Assembly (NCBI GenBank): GCA_013239625.1
Contig: MU053994.1
Location: 2,795,589-2,859,588 of the forward strand
Source: Lama guanicoe
Lineage: Eukaryota
Direction of reading: 5' to 3'
DNA length: 64,000 nt
The notes below the pieces were generated by a model that did not search any database, was not told where the DNA came from, and was given only the letters and a program-made list of their open reading frames with translations. Position 1 is the first letter of the stretch. Each line of letters begins with the position of its first letter. This document shows positions 53,290-64,000 of this stretch, piece after piece. The position numbers and the translations under genes are program-made.

Positions 53290-53670
53290 TAATATTCACT
53301 GTAAAAAAAAAATTTAGGAAATACAGAAAAGTACAAAGGTGGGGAAAAAAGTCACCCATAATTCCACACTCAAGGACCACCATTCCAGATATATTGGTTA
53401 ATATGGTTCTGACGTTTCTCCTTATGCACATACTACCTCTACAAACTGGAATCCCACTAAGCATCCTGTTTTGAAACCTGCTTCTCTCATTCAACAAATA
53501 TGTGCCCTTGTCGTCATTTCTAATGGCTGCATTAAAAAGCAGCATTATTAACCTACTTAATCACTCCCTCACTGTCAGACATCCAAGCTGCCTCCCGATA
53601 GTCTAAAATATGCTGCTAAGGACATGCCCGCGCATATATCTTTACACGCTTTTCAGTTAATTTTTGTTAC
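53290..53670 (-). mobile_element. L1ME-type 3' remnant
   Basis: 'aaatacagaaaagtacaaag...ctgcttctctcattcaaca...ttctaatggctgca'. Confidence 0.55.
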
Positions 53671-54229
53671 CCAGGTGACTCCAGGTCCTCCAGCTGGCAC
53701 AGTTCATCTTTTCCTTTAATTACCTAAATACAATGCTAATGATCCCAATCCACAAACCAACGGAAGTCCAGCACCTTCCCCAAGGTCCCCAAGGGGCCTC
53801 AGCAGGGTCCCGTTTCTCCTGGTCACCTCTCACTGTTTTCCTGTTTATCCCTCCAAGCATTTTACCTTCTTGGGCAGATGTCCCCTTTCAACAGGACTGT
53901 CCCTCTTCCTTCATCTGCCCAAAGTGTCACTAATGCATGGCAGCCACATGTGGTTGACTTTTACTGAGGTTTGGAGAAAATGAATACCAATCACAACACA
54001 GAAGGAAATAACATCACATTTACACCAGATAGTACTGTCCCTAGAAAGTTTCTGGCTATCCCCCACCACGTGGGGACTTCTCCGTGCTGATGTTCCTTCA
54101 TGGACCCTGAGGTCCTGCCGTGTTCCTGGGACCTTCAGCTGTCTCCACTGACTTAACGTCCTCTCACTTTTTCTCTGTACTTAAACTCCTCACCTCCTCA
54201 CTCCAGTAGCCCTGAAAATTCCAGATGCT

Positions 54230-55330
54230 TCTGACTTTATCATTTAATTCATCCCACACCCCAAGCCACCACTTCCTCCTCAAGACATTTCTTTCATATG
54301 GCTTCCAGGACACTACATTCTCCTAGTCTTCTTTCTTCCTCACTGGTCACTCCCTCTCAGCCTTTTAACTGGTTCATTTGCCTCTTCCTGACTTCTAAAC
54401 CTTGAGGTACCCCAGAACCAGACTTTAGACCTCTTTTCTGTCTTCATTCACTCCTGGGTGATTTCATCCAGTCTAATGGCTTTAGGGACCCCTATACACT
54501 AATGACTCTCAGATTTACATCGTCTTATTTTATTTTATTATTTTTTTTAATGGAAGTACCATCAGTTACAATGTGTCAATTTCCGGTGTACAGCACAATG
54601 TCCCGGTCATGTGTATACATACATATATGTTTTTTTTTTCACTAAAGGTTAGATTTATGTCTTCTGCCCTGACCTCCAGACTCACATGCCCAATTGCCTA
54701 CCCTACGTCCTCACTTGGATGCTTAATATGCATCTCAAGCTTAATGTTTCCAAAACTAAATTTTGCATTACTCCCAAACTCGTTCCTCACCTAGCAGTCC
54801 CCACCTCAGGAAATGGCAGCTCCATTTATCCACTTGCTTGGACCAAAACTTTGGAGTCATCCTTGACCCCTGTCTTTCTATCCACACCTCACATTTGACC
54901 TGGTAGCAAATCCTGTCCTCTCCAACTTCACCTACTGCTCACTGCAGTACAGCTACACTGGTCCACCTGTTGTCCCTTGACCACAGAAACTCTTTCTCAT
55001 CTTGGGAACCATACACTCACTTTTCCCCCTCCTGAAATGTTCTTCCCCAGGTATCAGCATGGTTTCCTCCATTCATTCATGTCGCTGAGCAATGAGCATG
55101 TCATGAGCAAATGGCACCACCTCAAAGAGACCTTCCTTGACCACCCTATCTCAAAATTGCACCCACCTTATTCTCTAATCCTTGACACTGCTTTACTTTC
55201 CCTCATGGTACTTAACCTGACATTCTATTACATTGTTCATTTTTGAACTGCCTCTATCCTCCAGGAGGGCAGGAATGTGGTCTGTTTTGTTTATTGCTGT
55301 CTGCCCATCACCTGGATGAGGAATTGACAC
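54230..55330 (+). mobile_element. L2 LINE, with a short antisense L1 tail nested at ~54525-54645
   Basis: L2 RT-like 'ggcttccaggacactacattctcctag', 'gcatctcaagcttaatgtttccaaaac', 3' end 'ggagggcaggaatgtggtctgttttgttt'. Confidence 0.75.
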
Positions 55331-56364
55331 AGAGGAGGAACTCCATCTTGGTTTACCTTATGCCCATCCAAGTTCTCCCCCATTAGAATGTACTGTCTAG
55401 GTTCCTACAGGTGCTTTCCTGTAGGAAACCCAAGACACAGCCACCTCTGTGATGAAGTTTGCTCACCTCTAGAATGTCAAGAGCCCAGCGGTTACACATG
55501 TATCCACCTTAGGGTACTTCCTTCAAATAAACTCATAGAAGTGGAATTACTAGGTCATGAGCCAAACTTCCAAATTACCATCAGAGAAGTCAACACTAAT
55601 CCCTCTCCCATCAGCAGGGTTGTGTTCCAGTATATTCTGGGCCTTTAGGAACAGACAGACTATGAGCCAACCATGGTGATGATGATGGCAACAATGACAA
55701 CGATGTCCCCATTACTCTTTGTTAACTAGAAAATAAACAAGTATCTGTAGGGGCAGGGAAACTTCTGGGTTATCATGTCACTGATCACGATCCATGGGGT
55801 ATGCTGACTTTAAGGAGTAAAGATATTCCCTGGCAGCTTTCATATCTGAAATGATGGCTTTACCAACATCTTACATTTTTTCCCCACGGTGCCACATCAT
55901 GTTCATTCATTACTTCATTCACTTCAAAATTACTTTTGCACATCTATTTTGTACATAAGCTTTAAACATCTACCAAGCTGAAGAATATTCCTTGAAATAA
56001 TGGGACTTACAACCAGCATGGTATTTAGCAATTTACAAGGTGCTTTCACTTCCATCATCTCATTTGGATACTGGTACAGAGCCAACTGGGTACAATTCTG
56101 CCCATGTTACAAGTGACGAAACAAGAGGTGCCAAGGGGTGGGATTTACCCAGGGTTACACATTATATATTAGTCAGAACCAGAAGTAGGCATCCTATGAG
56201 CTCCTCAGCACATGCCACCCCCTCCATACTACAATATCTAGTGCCAGGTCCAACACCACCAAAAGCAGATTTACTGGGTCATCATAAAAAGGATGACATA
56301 CTTAGGCATTCTGAACTCTGAGCTGAGGGACAGTGGAATAGAAGAGTCATTTAAAAATGGCTTT

Positions 56365-56486
56365 GGTTGGGGGGTAATTAGGTGTATGTATGTATGGATG
56401 GATTTTTAATGGCAGTACTGGGGACTGAACCCAGGACCTCCTGCATGCTAAGCACACACCCTATCACCGGGGTATAGCCTCCCACC
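56365..56486 (-). mobile_element. Camelid SINE (Vic-1-like, more diverged)
   Basis: 'agtactggggactgaacccaggacctcctgcatgctaagc'; TSD taaaaatggcttt (56352-56364) / taaaaacagcttt (56487-56499). Confidence 0.8.
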
Positions 56487-58402
56487 TAAAAACAGCTTTT
56501 GTTTTGATGTCATTTCAGTTATTATAGTCGCAGGTCCTGTGCTGAATTGTGCGATAGCAACTTGATTAAAGCAAAGAACTAGGTACGTTTCCTAGAAGCC
56601 CCTCACTTGTACGACTCCGGGTTAGAGTTGGCCCAAAGCAGAACTCGTGCGAGAATTGTACAGCAGAAGGGGAGCAGAAGTCCCCACCCCATCAGATGCA
56701 GTGATGGACAGAAACAGCGGTGCCCTGCAGATCCTAGCTTATGCGGCTCTTCCCGTCTCTACCTCCAGCTCGCATTTCCTGCCATTGGTTTTGCTAGCCA
56801 ACAGCTGCCCCGGGCCCACCACCAGGGGCTTGGCCGTGGCCCCACACAGGCGAGAGTTCCGCAGAGGCCACAGCATCCCATAAACCTCTCCATGAACTCC
56901 CCCTTTACTGCCCTACTTGGACAGCTGGATGCGCTCGGTTTCTTTAACTTTCCCAAATGCCCTGATTTGTCCAACTGCACCAGTACGTCCGGTAGTGGCT
57001 AGTGACTCTCTGATCCTCTGACTCTCCCTTCCAGACAGTCATGTCCCCGGTGCTTCCCACATCAGCTAAACGTTTCATTCCTGGAATACCCATGGTGGCC
57101 CCTCTTCCCTGTCAAAATCCTGACTGATACAATACTTACGGATTTTGCTTTAAATGAAAAAGAACATAAGAAAAGAAATCGTCCAGATTGTCAGGCAGAA
57201 TTCCAGCATCTACTTAGAATCTTTATATCCCAGATGCTTGATTTATAGGCCGTGGGTGTGGGGGGCTGGGGGAAAGGGAGATTATTAAATGACTAGTAGA
57301 AATTGAATAATATGTGCCTCACCTATAGACTCAAATGAGAAAGGAGATAAGGAGAAGATAGAACTTTCTCTATCTTGTTTTTATGAGATAAGTAGATCGA
57401 AGAGCAGAAGGAATTGGCAGTGAAGTTGGTTTCCTAGTCCAGAAATTTTCAATCAAGTGTTACCATAATTCCTTAGGACATAGTCAAAGAAAATCATCAG
57501 TCCAGTCTCTATCTTCTAAGTAACTCTCCTCTATGAATTGAAAGAGAAGGGAGTGACTCTTAGCTAGGAAATCCAGTTCTTTAAACATAAAGTATGAAAT
57601 TACATGTGAAAAGGAGCAAAGACAATGTCCAAGGATTCTAAACATTATAAAACCCAGCAGGAGAATAGCTACCTGGTATTTCTAAGGCATAGAGTCGAGG
57701 CTTTAATGTTAAATAAATATGTCAAAGATCCTCTCCTTTTTCCTCCCAATCCTAGCTCCCTGTCTTTGCAACAATCAGAGAAAGAAAGTTTTAAAACGGT
57801 TTCCAATAAGAATTTTGAAATTCAACGTCCTTTTCCGAGGAGGCTGCATGCGTGTAGAATAAATGTTTCATAGCGCTGTTCTTTCAAATCAAACTTTCTC
57901 CTCCCCTCCTCCCATCCTCATACAGTGAACATTCTCATCCAGTACCTTCAAAACATGCCCACCTCAGGCAGCTGGTCATTGTATCAAATAAAAGGTGGCA
58001 AACGTTGCCAATTTCCTTTCCCCACTCTGAATTAATAAACCCAGCCCACAGAGCAGTAAAATTTTATTTCCACCAAGCAAATATAGATTGCTTTTTCTCC
58101 TTGGCTGCAGTTTCAAAGTCTTTGCAGTCTTAACTTGTGTCCAGAGCATCCACCAGTTCCTGCAGCGCTAATGCCGACAGTGGCCAAAAAGATACAAACT
58201 ACTGCGAACCGGACATTCCATGGCTTCCTCCTTTACCACTGGCCACATGAGTGCACAAGGGGCCACTGTGCAAGCCAGACAACCATCAGCTCATCCTCAC
58301 AGACACGAAGGGATTTTCTCTACTTCTTGGATCCTGGGGACCCAAACTCTTGGTTTTGCATGTGGTTTCACCTCCAACTTGCTGGGTTTATGGCTGGAGG
58401 CC

Positions 58403-58850
58403 TGTATTAGTTTCCTGGGGCTGCGGTAACAAATTACTCCAGACTTGGTGGCTTCAAACAACAGAAATTTATGCTCTCACAGTCTGGAGGCCAGAAGACC
58501 AAAATCAAGGTGTCTGCAAGGCCATGCTCCTAGCTTCTGCTGGCTGCCAGCATTCCTTGCCTTGCAGCCACATCACTCCAATCTCTCCCTCCATCTTTCC
58601 ACCTTAAACTCTGTGTCTCTCTTCCCTTGTCTGCCTGTCTCAAATCTCTCTCTGCCTTTCTTTTCCAAGGACACACGTTATTAGAATTTAGGATCCCCAC
58701 AACCACAAGATAATCCAGGGAGGTCTCCACATCTGGAGATCCTTAATTACATCTGCAAAGACCTTTTGCCAAATAAGGTCACATTCACAGGTTCCAGGGG
58801 TTAGCACACGAACATAACTTTTGGGGGCCACCATTCAAACCACTCTAAGG
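58403..58850 (-). mobile_element. MLT1C-like MaLR LTR
   Basis: 'tgtattagtttcctggggctgcggtaacaaattac...ccaaataaggtcacattcacaggttcc'. Confidence 0.8.
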
Positions 58851-59259
58851 CCTTATCTCCCTGGACTCAGAAGTCTTTTTTAAGAGTTCCAAAGAACCTG
58901 TCTCCATAGTGCTGGGCTCACTACATTGCCTATTGAACTCAAAAAGTGCTGCATTTCTCTCAAGAAACCCATTGAAATGATTCATCCCAAGTCTCTTTTC
59001 TCAGCCTTGCAGTCTCCATATCTTCTTTTTCCACCCTCATCATCCTTCACTCAACTTTGCTGGCCCCAGTCTTCCAGCACCTACAACAAGGAAACCTCTC
59101 TCTCCCTACACTTTACTCCCTAGCCCACTTACTCCAAATTTATGCCTACATACCCATCACTCTTCTCAAACAAAGGATCCTCCGGTCACCAGAATCCACT
59201 CTTTCTGGAGGCGAAGGAAAAAGGTGTTCCACAAGTTTTGTCCCCTTTTGGAATTTTAG

Positions 59260-59680
59260 AAATTTGGTTAATTAAGGTGAAATTCACATAGCATAAAATG
59301 AACCATCTTGAAGTGTACATTCGGTGGCATTTATTACATTCACAATGTTGTGCAGCCATCACCTCTGTCCAGTTCCAACACCTTTTCATTACCCCAGAAG
59401 AAAGTCCTTACCCATTAAGCAGTTATTCCCACTTCCCTGTCCTCCAGCCCTCTGCAACAACTAATCTACTTTCTGTCTCTATAGATTTGTCTGTTCTGAA
59501 CATTTCATATCAATGGAATCATACACACGTGGTCCTTTGTGTTTGGCTTCTTTCACTCAGCGTAATGTTTCCAAGGTTCATCCATGTTGTAGCCTGTGTC
59601 AGTGTTTCTTTCTATGGCTGAAAATGTTTCATTGTATGGATAGACCACATTTGCTTTATCCATTCATCTGTTGAAGGTTA
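59260..59680 (-). mobile_element. L1MB-type 3' end
   Basis: 'tgaaattcacatagcataaaatgaaccatcttgaagtgtacattcggtggcattt'. Confidence 0.8.
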
Positions 59681-59719
59681 GGCGTATTTCTTTAGCATTT
59701 CTTATTGCAGAGTGTCATC

Positions 59720-60095
59720 CATTCGTTTCACAAATAGTTACTGAGTGATCACAATGTGCTAGGCACAGGGCAAGGAGCTAGGATAGAGCACTAGACCAAA
59801 CACAACAAAAATCTCTGCCCTCATGAAGCTTACATTCCAGTGGGGGAAACAGATTATAAGTAAGATAAACAACTAAAACATGTAGTACGCTAGAGAGAAG
59901 CGCTAAGTAGGAGAAAGTGCTAAGTGACTGGATGGGAGTCACAAGAACTTTTGGGGGGGTCACTGGTCATTTTCTGGTTCTTGATCTAGATGCTGGCTAC
60001 ATGGGCATGCTCAGTTTGTGAAAATTCAGTGATCTTGTACAAAAGATGTGTGCACTTTTCTGTACATATGTGACACTTCAATAACAAGTTTTTTT
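59720..60095. mobile_element. L2 3' end (minus) followed by an L1ME-type tail (plus)
   Basis: 'cacaaatagttactgagtgatcacaatgtgctaggcac'; 'cagtttgtgaaaattc...gtgcacttttctgtac...cttcaataa'. Confidence 0.6.
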
Positions 60096-61783
60096 AAGTC
60101 AATGTGCTTCCATTTCCTTTAAAAGGGGGCAATTGCACCTGTCTCTGGTGCTGACGCTAAACATAACGAATGTGTCAAACGAGATGGTTTTGCTACCTTG
60201 AGGGCCCAGCTGAATCCCTGACCCTGTTTTTGAGTGGGTTTAGGATGCAAGGTGCTGGTTTCAGCCCTCTGCCATTCACATATGCCCTTCAGGTTTCTGG
60301 ATCATTCTAGCTCTATCTAACCATAACTGTCAGTGGACGGCAAGGGTTTACCATGACCGTGTCAGCAATTTCAGTTTATCCCCTGATTTTTTTTTTAAGC
60401 ACCGTTCTGCCATTATCTTGAGCCCAATTTGATTGTTTGTTTTTTTTTTTTAATACTGACCTTAACAAGAACAAAAATGGTACGTTTAGGGAGAGGATGG
60501 CTATGGAAACACAGGCGTGAAAGAGAACAGCGACAGGCTATAATGAGAGGCAATTCTGTTCAGAGAGGAAAGGGCCATCCACGGATATCAATTAAGGAAA
60601 ATGGTTGAGAGTTTCTCCTGATGTTCTGTCCAGTACAACGCAACCTAAATCAAGAAGCCATCCCTCGCAGGCAGTTAAATTGAACTGAAGTGGGGGAATG
60701 ATGGGTAAATAATATAAATTGTCTCTAACTACCGTTCATACCTCCCACACATGTGTAACACTTCAGAGTGTATTCAGCCAAAACTCAGTGGCCACCGACA
60801 AAAAGTAACTTAATTTGCCCACAGGGTGAAGGACTCTGCCTTCATGGTGTGAGTTGTTACTATGGCTGTATCTCCATAACAACTAAGATGAGCTTGGGAT
60901 GTACAGGTAACTGACATATACCGAGTGAGAGGCTGCTGGAGGCTGACATTCGAGTGAAGAGAAGGGGACAACATGGAGTCACAGTAAAGTCACAACCAGA
61001 GGGGATGCTGATGAATACAAATAGGAAGGAAGTGGGCCAAGTCGGGCAAGAAGAGGTGGGTGGGATTCAGGTAAGAGAGCAGACTACAGAAACCCCAAAA
61101 CCCTGATTGCCCTTGAAAGGTGGAGAGAAACATTTGTTGAGAGATATCTGGGTGTGCAATTCAGAGAAGCTGCTAACTCCAGGGACAGGGTTGCCAGAAA
61201 GTTGACTTCTGGCCTGGAGCCAGGGCCAAAAGGGCTGAGACGTCTAAGATGTCTCTCAGAACTAGTCCGACAGCCTGAGGGGAAAAGAAGTCAGAAATGA
61301 AAATGTCTGATGTGCGTGTTAAGTTGCATCAAACTGTCTCCAGGGACTAGGCAAAGCCCCTATAACTCACAGACCAAAAAGATAGAGCTCACAGATCGCA
61401 TTTCTTTGCCTTTTGTTAAGACAGCTGTGTTGGTGACCAAAACAGAGCAGGTATAGCCCTGAATGAGATGGTGTGGCTACAGCCTAAAAAAAAGATAAGC
61501 CTTTAATTCCTTAGGTCATGTGGTAGGAAAGATAAGAGGCCTTCATAGGGGCTATTGCCTAGAACACAGATGCCTCAAAACATTCCTGGCTCCGGTTCTC
61601 AGTGGGGTCAGGGGGTGCGGCGCCATCTTGATACGTTGTGTTTTGAAATTATAATCCCAAGACCTAAACAGGAGTAGAGGCCTAAGGCACACATCACAGG
61701 CTCCCAGATGATTTTCCTACCTGACTCTTGTAGTCGTTTTTTCACATACGACGGTTCAGTCAACTCTTAGTGTTCCGGGAAAA

Positions 61784-62291
61784 TGTTACAGCTCGATATT
61801 ACAGCTCAGTTGTGACAGCAACCTGGATGCAGGCGAGACACCAAGCAGCACTCTGAGACCTGGACGAGAACTCGGGTTTATTACACCAGCACGCGCAGAC
61901 GAGTTAACATTTCAACTCTGGACCCCCGTCTGTAGGTTTACACAGGCCTTTTATAGGCTGCCAGTTTTACACTTTGCAACATCCTATGCAAATAAAGTAC
62001 AACAGAAGCTGACCAACCAGGAACAAGCTTTGTAGAAATAGACCAATCGGGAGTGAGCTCCATGCAAATGAAGTAACAATCAGGAGGAGAGTAATGACTA
62101 ATCAGGAGTGAAGGAAGTAACCAATCAGAAGTGAGCTCAGGGAACCAATAGAATTCTAGGTGTAAGTTAGCTGCTTTAGAGGGAAAAAGTGAGGTAGAGC
62201 CTCTGGGCCAGGGAACCGGAGGGTGCTAAGAGGAGAGCAGTGACCCTGCCTAGGGGGTCCTGCCGGTCTTTTGATGGGGCTTCCCACCTCA
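61784..62291 (-). mobile_element. ERV solo LTR, relatively young
   Basis: TG...CA termini on the minus strand; TATAAAA at 61949-61955 and AATAAA at 61877-61882 in LTR order; repeated CCAAT and octamer motifs; CpGs retained; no clear TSD. Confidence 0.7.
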
Positions 62292-62344
62292 CTAGGAATA
62301 ATAAAACCCTGTAGTCATCACAGGGCTTTATTGGGAGCTAAGTA

Positions 62345-62760
62345 CTCTAGACAGTATTTCACTGGATTCTTTCCTCAAGTCCTCGTGAGGAGAGATGTCC
62401 TAAAGGTCCAAGACTATGAGAAGTAAGGAGCCCACCAAAGAGGTCACTCTGGAAGCTCCCAGCTACACCAGTTAGGGTCAGTGCAGTACCCTGAGGCTGC
62501 GATCACTCCTAGGTCGAAAGATGGAGGAGACAGACTGGCCATTGGAACCCAGAAAGAAGTCCGATAGACAGAGTTGCCTTGAGAAGAGCTGTGACCTTCT
62601 GATAAGGGACACAGGCAGACTGAGGTGACCCTGCAGGGAAAAAGCCAGGAAAATCAAGCCCTGACTTCACTTGACCTCCTTCCTTTGATCTCTTGCTGGG
62701 GCTCCCTATTGGCCAAACCCAAGCAGAAGTCAGAGGGACTGAGTAGAGGGTGGAAAGCGT
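62345..62760 (-). mobile_element. Old LTR fragment
   Basis: 'gaggtgaccctgcaggg...gctccctattggccaaaccc...agagggac' old MaLR/ERVL-like motif. Confidence 0.4.
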
Positions 62761-62829
62761 GGGTGTGAAGGGGTGACAAAAGCTACCTTGCACTACTCAA
62801 GTGACCAGGATGTTCTTCATTAATTGAAC

Positions 62830-63030
62830 CCTTCATTTATGCCACCTCATCTTACTACTTTATTCTCACAAACCTTGGAGGAAAGTGGTATTCTCCCAAT
62901 TTCAGAGGTGAGAAATGGCGACAAAGAGAGGTTAAGTGACTTGGCCAAGGTCACTTAGTTAGTAGGTAGGAGAGCCATGATGAGACCCACCTTCGCTGAC
63001 ACCAGAGCTTGCCCTCTCAGCCGCCACCAC
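62830..63030 (-). mobile_element. MIR SINE
   Basis: Core 'cccaatttcagaggtgagaaatg...agaggttaagtgacttggccaaggtcac'. Confidence 0.75.
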
Positions 63031-63774
63031 CGCCAAGCCTTCATGTGATTAAGGCAGTTGCAAGAGTGAAATAAGATGGAACAGGGGATGCTCTGGCATT
63101 GTGGAAGGTGTTGCTGTTGTCATCCTTTGAAACCCTTGAAATCAAAACAGATAGATTGTTTTCAGCGCCCTACAGAAAGGGGGCAGTGAGGAAAGTGGCC
63201 AGCTGCTTTGGTAGGGAGCAGCTGATGGCCAGGAAAGGGAAGCTGAGCTGAGGACACAGGCAGAACCAAGTACCAGAAGCCAACCTGCCTGGAGAAGCAG
63301 AGGAGAGCCCATAATGTCACCAGAGGGAAGAGGGCTGAAGTGGGGAGGCCAGCCGGGCTGTGGACTCTGATAGCTGACCACAGACCACCAGGCAAACACC
63401 TCTGATTTCGTCAAAATTGGAACTGAACAAATAAGAGATATAACTATACCTCAAAGACACACTGCAAGTATTTCCATAGATTCAGTGGGAATCGGGACTC
63501 GAAAAAGCTGCTCAGCCTTGGGGGTGCTTATAGCCAGTTGCAGGTGAGAGAGACATTCAGTGGAACAGATGGCTCTCGGCGGAGCTCAGCCCTCTCCTTA
63601 TCCTCATGTTAAAATCAACCAATTGAATGACGGGCGAGAAAACCATGCTCGCCAATTTTGCATGATTTTCTCACAGCTGGAAAAGGGGAGCCAGGCCAGG
63701 CTCACGTTTATTTCTGTAGGGCTGGGAAATGGGTTTTACACTTCTCTTTTTGGTTAAACAGCAATCACCTGAAG

Positions 63775-63895
63775 AGCAAATGCAAGTCCTCTTTTACATT
63801 GAGGAATCTGAGGCTCTGAGTTTCGGTTCTCTCTCAAGGTCACCCCAGTTTCTGGGGAAGCTGAGTTGCCAAGTAAGGGCCCTCAGACCCCAGTA
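63775..63895 (-). mobile_element. MIR SINE core
   Basis: 'ttttacattgaggaatctgaggctctgag...tcaaggtcacccc'. Confidence 0.55.
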
Positions 63896-64000
63896 CCCGT
63901 GCTTTGGATTTCAAGTGACCATAATATACTCTGGGTTTGTGAAAGTCAGGAAATGAAATTCAATGGAGGGCAGTCCACTTGGAGAAGAAACACAGAGGAC

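Noticed and set aside
56607..57002. Overlapping ORFs of 73-131 aa as a coding exon
   Set aside because: No recognisable protein; several open frames are expected in GC-richer sequence.

Overview
Mammalian, repeat-dense, non-coding DNA. It is most likely camelid, because it carries four tRNA-derived Vic-1-like SINEs and lineage-type L1 3' ends. I found no intact protein-coding gene; nearly all ORFs in the track are L1/LTR remnants or translations of a tandem repeat. The dominant unexplained feature is a degenerate ~21-bp tandem array (consensus ~TTTGAGACCCTTCCTGACWTG). It runs continuously over ~19.9-26.95 kb and resumes in short remnants at ~31.26, ~43.87 and ~44.81 kb. It was split by nested retroinsertions: an ancient L1MB-type element with a TSD, a large L1 with a twin-priming-type 5' inversion, and an RPS3A processed pseudogene. 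The array therefore appears very old, shows higher-order (~1 kb) block duplications, and is dense in GTTTGAGA/ATTTGAGA motifs. The right part of the window has non-repetitive islands with candidate splice and MYB signals and a CpG-retaining solo LTR with octamer and CCAAT motifs. Subfamily names are by-eye recognition and boundaries are approximate unless a TSD is given.
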